Source of the DNA: Eledone cirrhosa
Lineage: Eukaryota
Length of the DNA: 64,000 nucleotides
Direction: 5' to 3'
Assembly: GCA_964016885.1 (NCBI GenBank)
Contig: OZ024740.1
Span: 84,444,001-84,508,000, forward strand
Numbering within the stretch: the stretch's first letter is position 1; every line of letters begins with the position of its first letter. Positions 1 through 13,527 of the stretch are shown one piece after another. The translations under genes and the position numbers were made by a program. The notes under the pieces were generated by a model. The model was not told the origin of the DNA. It did no database searches and was given only the letters and a program-made list of their open reading frames with translations.

Positions 1-1130
1 TGGAGGGCTGGGCATGCCGTGGCTGATGATGCGCAGACACGCGCTCAGGCTACGACATCTCCACCTCACACTCGACGGTGAACAGGTGTGGTCTCCGTTT
101 GCTATACGCGTCTTTCCCCAGCTCGTCTCCTTGACGGAGCTGCAGTCCTGGCTCAAGCGAAGACCGAGAGGGAGCGCTTGGAGACTGGAATGTCTTCAGG
201 CGCTCATAGCCCTCGACCAATCGGGCTATGTGATCGGTGGAAACTCCACCTTGGCGTTCTATAGAGGATTAGTGGAGGGGAAGAGCGACGACGTACTTGG
301 GGAAACTCTATGCGTCGACGAAAATCAACTAGCCAATCTCTTCGGAAGAACTTTCGGGCCGGGCCTATGGACAACTTCCAGAAATCCCTGGCCTGGCAGT
401 GCTACCGAGGAGCTTTGCTAGTTCGGGATAAACTCTACAGGCATAGAGGTGCCGTCAGCCGGGCATGTCCGAGATGCACGCAGGGCGACGAAACCGTCCT
501 GCACGCACTCGTCCAGTGTCCGAGCATTGCTGACTTGTGGGTTTATTTCGAACACCTGCTGTCGCGTGTAGGACGGATCCAGCTATCAGCTGAGTCCATC
601 GTGAGGATTGCCCCGCCCTCTTCCTTTAGCCGGGAAGGGCAGGCAGTATTTATCTGTCTGGTGGCCATGGCCAAAGAGATAGTATGGTGGACACGTTTGA
701 AAGGGCTGAAGACGAGCACTTACCGCTTCGGTGATGCCCTGATTAACTTTTTCAAATTTCATTTAAAAAGGAAAATCAGGGTAGAAAGGGAAGTGCTCTC
801 TTCCCAACATTTTGTTGAAAGATGGGTGAGAGAGGCAAGAATGGCCCGAGTGAATGGGCCTACTCTGAGTATGTGTCTGTAAATTAAAGGTGGAAAACTG
901 GGAGAGGGCACTTGCCCTGGTTGTCAGGGTCACTGTGGCTTTTTAATGGGTTTTCTCCACGAATGTCCCTCGGAAATCTCCCCTCTATTGGGGAATTTTT
1001 TCATTGTTCTATTATTACATCCTCTGTTTCTTGTTTTTTACACGCAGAAATGCCCATTTGTAGCGCCCTGTATTGTCTTGTACTGTCCTTAATGTCTACT
1101 TTATGTAGACCCTTGTGGTTAATAAAGAAA

Positions 1131-1163
<33 letters not shown>
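1..1163 (+). mobile_element. L1/Tx1-clade LINE, 3' part (frameshifted ORF2 C-terminus, 3'UTR, (ATT)n tail)
   Basis: ORFs 14-421 and 310-882 are one frameshifted frame with the zf-RVT-like motif CPRC..ETVLHALVQCP; AATAAA then (ATT)n at ~1121-1163. Confidence 0.8.
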
Positions 1164-1164
<1 letters not shown>

Positions 1165-1184
1165 CATTTTTATTTATACTATTA

Positions 1185-1372
1185 GGGTGGTGGATTGGCA
1201 GTACCGGTAGAGTGTCGGACACCAAGCTTTACTGCATAGAGTTATGGTCCTTTACGGTCTGAGTTCAAATCCCACCGAGGTTAGCTTTGCATTTCATCCT
1301 TACGGGGTCGATAAAATAAAGCACCAGTATTGGACTGCTGACCTTGTGCCTAAATTAGAAGCAATTATTATT
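1185..1372 (+). mobile_element. tRNA-derived SINE (Nin/Deu-like central domain)
   Basis: B-box GAGTTCAAATCCC, core CTTTGC(C/A)TTTCATCCTTACGGGGTCGATAAAATAAAG, (ATT) tail, TSD TATTTATACTATT. Confidence 0.9.
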
Positions 1373-1468
1373 TATACTATTGGTGTTTTCTGTTTATGGT
1401 TATAGAAATGATTATTATGATGTTTCAATCTAGATTTTTTTCATTGCTATATTGTATAAAACTATGTT

Positions 1469-1612
1469 AGGCAGAGAATTGGCTGAGTCGGCAAGAATGC
1501 GTTATGATATTCGTTCCGGCTCTCTGCTCTCTGAGTTCAAGTCCCACCGCGGTCAACTTTACGTTTCGTCCGTTCGAGGTCGATGAAAAAGTACCAGTCT
1601 AGTACTGGGAAT
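1469..1612 (+). mobile_element. diverged SINE copy (related subfamily)
   Basis: GAGTTCAAGTCCC B-box and degenerate core GGTCGATGAAAAAGTACCAG. Confidence 0.7.
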
Positions 1613-1791
1613 TGATTCTTCCTCTATATCTTTTTCTCATTTCCTCTCTCTCACTTTCTATCTTTCTCTGGAAGAAATCTGCTGTACTCAGACCTGGAGA
1701 AGATTGGCCTACCCTCATTTACATTACCATTTATATATTTAATTTCATCAGTGCGGCCAGACCGAGATAAAGCATCATTATAACATGATGA

Positions 1792-2013
1792 GGGGCGGTG
1801 GATTGGCAGTATCGGTAAAGAGTCGGATGCCATGCTTTTCATCATAGAGTTACGGCCCTTTACGGTATGAGTTCAAATCCCGCCGACGTTAGCTTTTCCT
1901 TTCATCCATACGGGATTCGATAAAATAAAGCACCAGTATCGTACGAAGGTCGATTTAATCGACTTTCCCCTCCCCCTAAATTACTGGCCTTGTGCCTATA
2001 GTAGAAATTATTA
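1792..2013 (+). mobile_element. SINE, long variant carrying GTCGATTTAATCGAC
   Basis: Same head, core and tail as 1185-1372 plus an internal palindrome. Confidence 0.88.
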
Positions 2014-2240
2014 TGAGATAAAGTACTAATTTTATTAGATACACCTTTTACTATTGAGTTAAGTATTGCTTTAAGCTGGTTCAATTTCTTATCAACATAG
2101 AAGAGTTGGTCACCTGGTTTATGGTATGGTCTGCAAGTACCTGTTTGGAGATCTAGATTTACATCTAAGAAGTTGACTATTTTAGTATTTATGTCTACAG
2201 TTATACTTAGGTTATTACTTTTAAAGAATTTATGCAAATC
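2014..2240 (-). pseudogene. Penelope-like RT fragment
   Basis: NFLDVNLDLQTGTCRPYHKP, matching ANFLDISLNLDTGLYYPYHK of ORF 23607-24791. Confidence 0.75.
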
Positions 2241-2512
2241 CTAATAATTATATATCGGCTCTACTTGATCCTATCATAGCATTGAGCTAAAATACACGTA
2301 GTAAATTAGTAAAATTTACTCTTATAAATATTACTATTGATATATAGAGTAATGATAAATCTGAAGACTAAAATCCGAAGAGGGCTCGATGAGGATTATA
2401 TATAATATACATATATAAACCCGTAGAGCAAATATTTATTATATGAACATCCCGTTAAGGGTGAAAGCAGCGATTCTTTGCTTAAACTTTAATATGTTCT
2501 TATAATAAATAA

Positions 2513-2562
<50 letters not shown>

Positions 2563-2564
<2 letters not shown>

Positions 2565-3503
2565 CTTCCTCCCGTTAGACCTGTACGGAATTCCTTCCTT
2601 GCTTAGATTCCAACCAGGTTTGATGGTCTTTATTCTCTCTCGTTCACGATTTCACCGAATTTAAATTCATAGAAATTTGGGACTTGATTCCTTCTTCCTC
2701 ACTTTTCGTTGCTTCACCATTTTTGTTTGTTTACACTCGTGTTCCCTTTATTTACGTGTCCCAACGACTTTTTTTAGCCGTTGCTCGCACCAACCGGAGG
2801 TATATGGTCTTTAAAGCGATGAAATACCAATGATGGTTGGAAGATCACTGATGAAGGACTAACTTTATTCATATGTAACCCATTAACAACCCAGCAGTAC
2901 GTTTTTCTCATATTTACACATATTTCTTTCCCCGCTGTTACACGTCTATTTCGTTCTTACTGCTTCCTCTTTCTCTGTATCTTTACTCTCTCTAGCAGTC
3001 ACTCTCTCTGTTAGCCTCTTCCTCACCCTTCACTCACTCATTCTCTGTTACTACCTCTCCTCCTCCTCCTTCTTCCCGTTTGACCTGTGCGTAATTCTTT
3101 TCTTTCGCACCCTTGGTCTGGCAGGTCGCATTTTTTCTCTCTCTCTTCTACGATTTCACAGAACTTACGTTCACCGAAATCACAGACTAGATCCCTTCTT
3201 CCTCCCGTTAGACCTGTACGGAATTCTTTCCTTGCTTACATTCCAACCAGGTTTGATGGTCTTTATTCTCTCTCGTTCACGATTTCACCGAATTTAAATT
3301 CATAGAAATTTGGGACTTGACTCCTTCTTCCTCACTTTTCGTTGCTTCACCATTTTTGTTTGTTTACACTCGTGTTCCCTTTATTTACGTGTCCCCACGA
3401 CCTTTTTTAGCCGTTGCTCGCACCAACCGGAGGTATATGGTCTTTAAAGCGATGAAATACCAATGATGGTTGGAAGATCACTGATGAAGGACTAACTTTA
3501 TTC

Positions 3504-3505
<2 letters not shown>
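2563..3505. repeat. Non-coding ~630 bp monomer in ~1.5 tandem copies between (TA)n tracts
   Basis: 2563-2875 recurs at 3195-3505; diverged inverted relative at 53296-53870. Confidence 0.85.
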
Positions 3506-3561
<56 letters not shown>

Positions 3562-4139
3562 GTATGTGTATACAAATTTATATACAATAAGGGAGAGGAG
3601 GGGTGCGTGCGACTGATACAGTGTATAAGAGAATGTATCAATGACTATGTTAGAGTGGAAGGGCCAACGATAAATGAATTATGGCGTGTTAAATAATTGA
3701 TGTAGGATAGAGTTAGGGTAACATGATGTCTCCAGAGTGTAGTACAATTCACGTGTGATAATGTTGACAACGGAGCTATAGAAATAAATACCTTGAAATA
3801 TATATGACATTATAAAGTGGTTTTATTCATTATATACGCTAAAGCAATCCAGCGAGATATATTCATTGTGTATGGTTTTTCGATGAAAAGGCAACAATCA
3901 TGGAAATATCGCATTATCTCCAACATTTTGACCTAACAGGAAATATCATATATGAATTTCGGGGTTATTAATCATGATGGAATAAATTGGAATAAAGGCA
4001 TAGAGAGAAAGAATCGATTTATTCAAGAGCTCTGGTTAATGATATATAATGTATACATGAACGCAGCTACTGGAATTTGAGAATGCATTTAGTTAGAGGT
4101 TTTACATAATCAAATATTTCTAAGCATCACAGATTAGCA

Positions 4140-5960
4140 GCCACCCTCACCCGCTAAATGACTCTAGTCCTCAGCTTCCAAAATTCATAGATAAAAGCTT
4201 TCAATTGTTTATTCGCAACATACCGTATAAAATATGGAATAGCTCCATATTGCAAAGTATGCAGTGGGACATTCTATTGTTGTAGGCCCTTGCTCCCGAT
4301 AATTTTGACCAGCTAATCCTATATTCCTGGCTTGTATTTTTAAGCTGCCAGATTTTATTGGCGAGCGTTGTAGAGTTCTCCCGTCTACGGTTCTTCATGG
4401 AGTGTCTATGAACGTACCACCTTTTTTTTTAACTCCCCAACCGTGAAACCTATGTAGTGCCAAGTAAAGTTGCCTGAATTTACAGTACACAGGTACACCA
4501 TACTCGAATCCAGGCATCTATTTTGTAGTGGGCACTTCTCCGGTAGGTGGCAGTTACAGTTGGAGGCTTTTCTGTGTGCAGGTTCTCCGTTACAGTTTTG
4601 TATGTTGTTGTGGGTGGGTTGAGATTTAGGCCTATTAGTGTTTTGTTGTGATGCGCCCTGATGTGTTTGTGGTTGCGATGTTGTTATGTGCTCGCGTTTT
4701 GTATTTGGTGCTATGGTGTATGTTGGTGGGTTATTTTCTTTAGATATGTTTTTGTGGTTGATTTTGTGTATGTGTGATTTTATGTTGGCTGCAGTAGAGT
4801 AGAGTAAGATAGTTTGTTAGTTCTTCTATTAAAGATTCTATGGTATTTGTGTAGTTTAGGGAAGTGTTTGTCGATTAGCTTAAAGAATGTAGAAGGTAGT
4901 TTGGTTTTTATAGAGGAGTTGAATATTGGATTGAACCATAAGTATTTCCTATCTCTGGATTTTCTATAGTTCTTAGGGATCCTTATATTAGTGTTCGGTT
5001 CAGTTATCTTTGGTGCTCGTTGTCTAATTCTATGTTTAGTCCTATGTTTAGTCCTATGTGTGGGTAGTGTAGTTGTCGTTAGGTTTGTTGCTGATGTCTC
5101 TATCTGGTATGTCCTGCCTTATGTAAAGCTATGTTATAGTAGTTTGCGTGTTCGTTAAAAATAGGTTAGAAGATAGGCGGGATATACTATGTACTATGGA
5201 GTTAATTATGGATCGAAGGGCTCTATTAATCCTGTGTTTAGGTTGAGTGTTACATCTAAGAAGTTTGCTTTTTTAGAGTTAAGTTCGAAAGTGATACCTA
5301 GGGCTAGTTTGTTGAAGAAGACTCTGATGTTTTTCCGTAGTTTTTCCATGTTTTGATTATTTAAGTTTTTGCCTAAATGGAGTGTGTCGTCTCTATAAAT
5401 TCCTCCCTGGAGGTTATTGAATTCCTTATGTAAGTTGTGCGCTATATATAATCCCACTAAGTACGTTAGATCCCATTGTAATATCGAAGCTATTCTGTCT
5501 GTTTTTTCGTTCCCAGTAACTATTTTCGAATCTAATGATACTTCTCCTATCAGCTAGTATTATTTTAATTTCGTCCGAGGTAAGGTCTGAATTTTTCTGG
5601 GCAAATGTTAGCGCTTTATCTAGGGTGACTGGGGATATGGATGAGTAGTAGTCATTAATGTCGAACTGTAGGATGTTGGATGTTTCTCTACTGTCTATTT
5701 TGCTGAACCAGTCTATTGCTTCGATAGTGTTACTCCATAGCTTAATTATTAGTTTGTCCTTGATTTGTGCGATTACTCTATCTAGTATATACTTGCTAAT
5801 TCTACCTATATCCGACTTCGATGGGCATATTAATCTAATTGCGGGGTCTGTTTCGAAATTATTTTGTGATCCTTTAGGTTAAATGTGGGGTTACAAGGGG
5901 TTAGAGGCTCGGTTCTATCAGATATTTTCAGTTTTTTTACTATGCTAAGTCCTTCCTTAT
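4140..5960 (-). mobile_element. Decayed Penelope-like element (RT + GIY-YIG)
   Basis: GGIYRDD and ANFLDVTLNL (5206-5457); endonuclease C-terminus STTLANKIW..CILCNME (4201-4398). Confidence 0.85.
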
Positions 5961-6025
5961 TAATGCAAATGCTTCCAATTTTTAACAGATTTTAAATCTC
6001 ATTCCGTATTTTTTATCCATAACAT

Positions 6026-6093
6026 CTCTGTCTGATGACCGATCCAGACGTATATTAATATTGTCTGGGATCCAGAAATGTTGGTTAATGGAG
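6026..6093 (+). ncRNA. Degenerate type I hammerhead motif
   Basis: CTCTGT-CTGATGA-stem II (GATCCAGAC/GTCTGGGATC)-GAAA..TA-ATGGAG; stem III weak; downstream 6120-6185 resembles the arm at 31437-31520. Confidence 0.45.
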
Positions 6094-6277
6094 TAGTTAT
6101 ATATTGTGTTGTTCACTTTCTAATTACATAGCTCTGTTCTATACATAGAGCACTCTTTTTTCCTTTGCTTTTCCTTTGGAATTACCTAACATGCTTTTAA
6201 CAGATTTTCTGGCAGCAGATGGTCCAAAATGTCTTTTAGTCCGGAAGATATTTCGAGCAAGAACTTGAAATGTTCAC

Positions 6278-6480
6278 TACAGGCAGACTTGCGTTAAATG
6301 TAGAGACACCAGATTGTGAGATTATTAATTTATTTTGCTTAATTTTACACTAAACATGTCTCCTAAGAACGATGTGAAGGTCAGTGGTGATATGAAACAT
6401 GTGTACCTGTCCATATCAATTCAAGAGAAGATTGAGCTTCGAAGAAAAGTGCTAGAAATACTAAATATGATTGAGTTATT
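6278..6480 (+). mobile_element. Possible pogo/Tigger 5' remnant
   Basis: TA+CAGGCAGAC start; from 6356 MSPKNDVKVSGDMKHVYLSISIQEKIEL resembles a CENP-B/psq HTH N-terminus. Confidence 0.3.
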
Positions 6481-6867
6481 ATGGATATAGTTTGAACAAG
6501 GTCGGAGTGAAGTGGAATTGTCTGCTATCTTGATAATGGAGAACGATCAATTCGCATGACAAGCGCACCAGAAGTAGTTGGGTGTCATAGAAAAGATGTG
6601 ACACACATGTGTTAATACATATAGGAATAAATACGTAAGGGTGTGTTTTAAATATATTGTATATATATATACATTGATAGAGTGAAGAATAACATGGTCA
6701 ACAGTACAAAAAAGGGTTTTATTTACAGTCTAACAATTGTTTCACTGATTAAGTTGTCTAAAAATTGGTGAACACTTGTTATTCCTTGATGTGTAAAAAT
6801 TGCTGAACACTTGTTATCCCTTATATATAAATATATACAGAGAGAGATGCATGTATATATGTATACA

Positions 6868-6942
<75 letters not shown>

Positions 6943-7060
6943 GTGACATGACTGGTCCTTTGAATTACATGTTCAGTTCCTGAGATACCCAAGCTGTCAT
7001 ATGGTGGGATCGAACCTGGGAACTTAAACATTCGGTCATACAGCGTTTATACATACATAC

Positions 7061-8088
7061 ATGGTGGCTGCCAACTCGTTTTCGAGTACGGCCACTACTT
7101 TATATCCATGTAGGAGAACCCCTACCGATGCGCTGAACGAGTATGACTTTTTATTCCAGCCAGCGACTTGAAAACTGGCACAATCACTACACTTGTGACA
7201 ATTATTGACACATAGTGTTGGGCCCATGGTACCACGTGATGACAAGTGCAGAGAGATCTCCAGATATAAAGCAATGCCTGTGCCGTGAAGCTTTTATAGT
7301 GAGCAAAGGCAATGCACAAAGCCAGTCCCACTCTCTTAACCAAGATGATATTTACCAAAAAGAAGAACAAGTCAACATCATTGGATACCATCAGGGTTGC
7401 AGGTGTTATATCAGAGTTTTCCTTCTCCTAGAATTCTGCCTTGACAAAGGCTAAGGGGTCATCTCTCCCGGTGATTTTAGATGGCCATTGACTCTTAAGA
7501 GCTCCTTTGCCCTTTTGACAGGTTTTGTTTTTAGTCCTGTAGGATGTCCAAAGTCACCCTCCTCACCAAGAAACCTTGGTGGGGTTGCCAGTTTAGTCGC
7601 CAACGACCCGACCATGAGACAGGTTGTACTGGGATACATGTTACCAGTAGCACCAACTGGTGACCTGACATACATACATACATATATACATACATACATA
7701 CATACATACATACATACATACATACATACATACATACATACATACATACATACATACATACATACATACATACATACGTACATGATGGCTGCCCCTCGTT
7801 ATCGAGTATGGCCATTGCACGATATACCATTATTAATAATTATTAATTAATTCTATCGTGCAATGCCTGTGCGTGAAGATATTTTTTAAAGTGAGGAAAG
7901 ACTGTGCACTGAGCCAATCCCACTCTCTGAGCGACAGTAGCTATAACCCGAAAAGAAGAAAGGATCAACATCATCAGTAACTACTGAGCCGCAGGTTTTA
8001 TGTCGGAGTTATCCCAGTTTCCTGAGTTGCCTTCTCCTGGAACAATGCCCTGACAAAGTCTAGGGGTCCTTCACTCCCATATACATAC

Positions 8089-8122
<34 letters not shown>

Positions 8123-8128
8123 ACATAC

Positions 8129-8166
<38 letters not shown>

Positions 8167-9975
8167 ATACATACATATATACATACATATATATATATAC
8201 ATACACATATATATACATACATATATACATACATATATATATGGTGGCTGCCAACTCGTTTTCGAGTACGGCCATTACTTTATAGCCATGTAGGAGAACC
8301 CCTACCGATGCGCTGAACGACTTGAAAACTCTGGTACAAACACTACACCTGTGACAATTATTGACACATAGTGCTGGGCCCATGGTACCATGTGACGACA
8401 AGTGCAGAGAGATCTCCAGATATAAAGCAATGCCTGTGCCGTGAACCTTTTATAGTGAGCAAAGGCACTGCACAAAGCCAGTCCCACTCTCTTAACCAAG
8501 ATGATATTTACCAAAAATAAGAACAAGTCAACATCATTGGATACCATCAGGGTTGCAGGTGTTATATCAGAGTTTTCCTTCTCCTAGAATTCTGCCTTGA
8601 CAAAGGCTAAGGGATCATCTCTCCCGGTGATTTTGAATGGCCAGTGACTCTTAAGAGCTCCTTTGCCCTTTGGCAGGTTTTGTTTTTAGTCCTGCAGTAT
8701 GTCCAAAGTCACCCTCCTCACCAAGAAACCTTGGTGGGGTTGCCAGTTTAGTCGCCAACGACTCGACCATGAGACATGTTGTACTGGGATACATGTTACC
8801 AGTAGCACCAACTGGTGACCTGACATACGTACATACATGCATACATACATACGTACATACGTACATACATACATACTTGCCACCAGGAAGGTGGCCGGTC
8901 AAAAAAATTTACTCGAAATTAAGAGAAAGAGATAACATACATACATGGTGGCTGCCAACTCGTTTTCGAGTACGGCCACTACTTTATATCCATGTAGGAG
9001 AAGCCCTACTGATGCGCTGAACGAGTGTGACATTTTAGTCCAGCCAGCGACTTGAAAACTCTGGTACAAACACTACACTTTGACAATTACTGACACATAG
9101 TGCTGGGCCCATTGTACCCTGTGATAACAAGCGCAGAGAGATCTCCAGATATAAAGCAATGCATGTGCCGTGAAGCTTTTATAGTGAGCAAAGGCACTGC
9201 ACAAAGCCAGTCCCACTCTCTTAACCAAGATGATATTTACCAAAAAGAAGAACAAGTCAACACCATTGTACTGGGATACATGTTACCAGTAGCACCAACT
9301 GGTGACCTGACATACATACATACATACATACATACATACATACATACATACATACATACATACATACATACATACATACATACATACATGGTGGCTGCCA
9401 ACTCGTTTTCGAGTACGGCCACTACTTTATATCCATGTAGGAGAACCCCTACCGATGCGCTGAACGAGTGTGACTTTTTAGTCCAGCCAGCGACTTGAAA
9501 ACTCTGGTACAAACACTACACTTGTGACAATTATTGACACATAGTGCTGGGCCCATGGTACCATGTGGCGGCAAGTGCAGAGAGATCTCCAGATATAAAG
9601 CAATGCCTGTGCCGTGAACCTTTTATAGTGAGCAAAGGCACTGCACAAAGCCAGTCCCACTCTCTTAACCAACATGATATTTACATCATTGGATACCATC
9701 AGGGTTGCAGGTGTTATATCAGAGTTTTCCTTCTCCTAGAATTCTGCCTTGACAAAGGCTAAGGGGTCATCTCTCCCAGTGATTTTGGATGGCCATTGAC
9801 TCTTAAGAGCTCCTTTGCCCTTTGACAGGTTTTGTTTTTAGTCCTGCAGGATGTCCAAAGTCACCCTCCTCACCAAGAAACCTTAGTGGGGTTGCCAGTT
9901 TAGTCGCCAACGACCCGACCATGAGACAGGTTGTACTGGGATACATGTTACCAGTAGCACCAAGTGGTGACCTGA
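7061..9975 (-). mobile_element. Array of a ~600 bp non-coding retroelement in (TACA)n
   Basis: Copies 7061-7668, 8241-8823, 8945-9310 (internally deleted), 9388-9975 and a diverged relative 7782-8078; shared ends ATGGTGGCTGCC..GGTGACCTGA abut (TACA)n. Confidence 0.9.
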
Positions 9976-10959
9976 CATAAACATACATACATACATACAT
10001 ACATACATACATACATACATACATACATACATACATACATACATACATACATACATACATACATACATACATGCATACATAGCAGATGAAAAGTTTTATA
10101 CTTCTCAGTAGAAGGTCATGCATGTCTATGTTGCTAGGAACCCTCAGAACCAAAGTCACCCGTTTTGGATCAACGATTGGTACTGGTATATTCGCTCTCA
10201 CTTTGAAGTGCGTTCTTCTGTCTCCCAGAAACAGGAAATAACAAAATGCACATACACGATGGGAACGAAGGTAAGATATCTAGACGCAACAATAGATACA
10301 GGCTCTGTAGAATACATACAAATTAAAAGTAACTGTCTGAAAATATCCTCACAATATACCAACTTATGATACTGTAACCGTAATATCATGCAATGCAGAC
10401 CGCTAAATGGATAGACCTTAATATAATGGAGGAGGACATGCATACTCGTTCGTATGTACAACATACACTTACGTGCCATTAACTCAATTGTGAAAATATG
10501 TCAAACAATCCAGAAGTTTAGCTTGTAATAAGTAAATATGCTCACGTGTAGACATACAAATGTATGCTTATGTACAGGTACATATTTCAAATATACATAA
10601 GTGTAGACATACAAACGTATACTTATGTACATGTACATAAGTCAAAATATACAGATTCTCGCATTAGTTGAGAATTAATTTCTATACTGTATTAAAGCAT
10701 TTTTGAAAAATACATTTTTCTTGGTTATTCGGTCTTGAATTAGCAAACTGGTTGAGTTGACAAAGGATGAAAATGATTTTATATAGTGTTTTTTTATAAT
10801 AATTTGATTTGTTATGTTGTTCTGGGAATTCCATTCTTTAGTTGGGTAAAAGTAGATTTCCATAGCTAAAGTAATAAGAGTGTCGCCCTACTGTAAACTT
10901 TTACCTAAACTTATTAACGGCCCATTATAATGGGAAAGTGGAATACCGTTGGTGGCAAA

Positions 10960-11675
10960 TAGTATAACATAAGTTGAGCAAGTCTGTTCTCAAGAGAGAT
11001 TTAGCCCGGGCAAACATCCTCTCAATCTTGGAACCATCTGGGTTGTCCAGAAGTGATGGGAAAAGACCTGATTGTCTTACCCTGTGCCCCTGGTCGAGAG
11101 GCAGATGCCTTGTCTGGGACGTCACAGTTAGTGACTCTTTTGCTTCTTCCCACATCATGGATGCTGCGGCTAGGGCGAGAGCCACAGCTTCCGCAGCCGA
11201 ACGGAACAAAATGCTAAAATACCGTGATCTATCAGCCAACTACCTTTTCCAGCCTGTGGCGTTCAAGACGTTTGGGGGAATCGGGCTACTGACTGCGAGA
11301 TTCCTATCTTCACTGACGGTTCGCTTAACAGAGGTAACTGGTGAAGCTCGTGAGGGCGCTTGGTTGTTCCAGCGCATCAGCCTCGCCATCACCCGAGGTA
11401 ACGATACGAGCCTTTAGAGGTTTCCCAGTACTCCTCGCGATAATATTATATTTTACTCAGGTAGCGGCTCGGTTGTCAACCCCTTTCGCCTGCCTTTTGC
11501 TGTATGTGGTCCCAGATGTGTGGGGTTTTTTGTTGTTTTTTTTCTTTTCTCTTTCTTTCCCTTTCTTTTTTTTCTGTTTTCCCTCTCCCTTTTCTTTATA
11601 TTATGTTTGTTTGTGCTTTCGTTCTGTATGCATTGTATTATTATAATTCTCTTTATACAACAGTCAATAAAAATG
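10960..11675 (+). mobile_element. CRE-type non-LTR retrotransposon 3' end (restriction-like endonuclease)
   Basis: EPSGLSRSDGKRPDCLTLCPWSRGRCLVWDVTVSD..FQRISLAITRGN (10974-11417), T-rich 3'UTR, AATAAA near 11666. Confidence 0.8.
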
Positions 11676-12165
11676 TTAAACATGTTAATACAGTATACAC
11701 ATTTTGTAAATGTAAACTAACAAATATGCATAAGTCTGTTCTAATTGATATTAATAATCTGTAAAATGGTCCGGTAAACTTAAATATAATTTCCAGCATA
11801 TTTAGTAACAAAAATAAAGAAATGGAAAAATTAAAAACAATATGTAATGTGTAAATATCATGTTACTATAGTATTCGATTGCTCAACCACGAAAATAATC
11901 AAACAAGTTACAGCAAAGTGTGTGCAGTTTAAATGGTCAAGTAACAGTGAACAAAATTCATGAGTCTAATCAAGAATACTATTGCTCTGGTTGTACACAA
12001 GGAATTAGTTTACAAATTAAAAGAGTCAAAATACTAGTTACAAAAACTAATGAGCTTGTGTGATTAGTATTTTTCTTCTTCATCCCAAAGAATGTAAAAG
12101 TTCTTTTCCTGGTTAATTCCTGTTGTATCAACAACTAGCAAAATTCTATAATGTAATTGAACATT

Positions 12166-12353
12166 GTGGATTGGCAGTATCGGTAGAGAGTCGGACACCA
12201 TGCTTTGAAGCATAGAGTTACATCCCTTTATGATCTAAGTTCAAATCCCGCCTGGGTTAACTTTGCCTTTCATCCTTACGGGGTCGATAAAATAAAGTAC
12301 CAGTAATGTACTGGGAAATTGCTGGCCTTGTGCCTAAAATAGAAACAATTATT
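12166..12353 (+). mobile_element. SINE copy
   Basis: Family head, core and tail. Confidence 0.9.
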
Positions 12354-13148
12354 TATACAACGAACCACGTTGATATAAATAATTATGTTGAGCTGTAGAC
12401 AGAAGGAACAAATGATATTATTGAGCTACACAATTTGCCAGCTCAATTATGGCTGATGGTTTGGTCAGAGGGAAATATATTTAGATAATCCTGTAGCCGT
12501 GAAAAGATTTCAAGGCATAGATTATGTTAATTGTTGAAATAGAAAAGAATTACATGATAAATAATGTAAATAACATGTCTTCTTAAGATGAACACAATAA
12601 ACTTTATCTTAATTTTGCATGTCCTATTATTTAAAACTTCGAGACTGCAACTACAACTTTTCAAACTTCAAATGTTTATATTACAAAAGTCTATGGAGAA
12701 CTCCGGCAGATAGAATATACAAGCTATATAAATTGGGGAGAACTTTAATGACATCTTTCATATGAGAAAAGTGTTGACTCTATGCTAGAAGCAATAACCC
12801 CAACTAAAGCAATAAAATGGCTCAGACGTTTGAACGTGTTTTGGAAAAGTCCAAACGATTTATAACCGACACAATGGAAATTACTTAAAAATCATATGAG
12901 TTTTCTACACAGGATGTCAACAGACTTGAAAGTATTCATTCCAATTACTACTTCATCTTTATAACTAAGGGCTTCAAATATTTGATCATGTTGAAAGAAG
13001 TATGTATGTGCAGTCAAGGTCATACACAGCACGATTATATGCACCAACGAGGTGCTGCTTTACCATATCCTACATAGGAAAATTAGTCTCCTTACTTTTG
13101 GGACAAACCTCGTATATATACACACACGTGCGCGCGCACACACACAAA

Positions 13149-13189
<41 letters not shown>

Positions 13190-13403
13190 ATCCGTCCAAC
13201 ATATGATAGTGTGGATATTACACTTAAAATGAAGGTGGTCATATATTTTGCATTTATCAACTATATGTTTAACTTGACAAATCCAATTACATACACCAAG
13301 CCGACTTTAAAATGTAAACTTGGGGTTTTGTTGTGTATTTTAAATTGTACACACACGCACACACACACACACAGACAGACACACACACACACACACAGAC
13401 ACA

Positions 13404-13502
<99 letters not shown>

Positions 13503-13527
13503 TATATACATATATATATATATATAT

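Noticed and set aside
7061-9975. CRISPR-like repeat/spacer appearance and recurrent short ORFs
   Set aside because: The units are ~600 bp retroelement copies separated by microsatellite; no cas genes; ORFs are not preserved between copies
10085-10290. Possible minus-strand exon (..RTHFKVRANIPVPIVDPKRVTLVLRVP..)
   Set aside because: No recognisable homology and no convincing donor site
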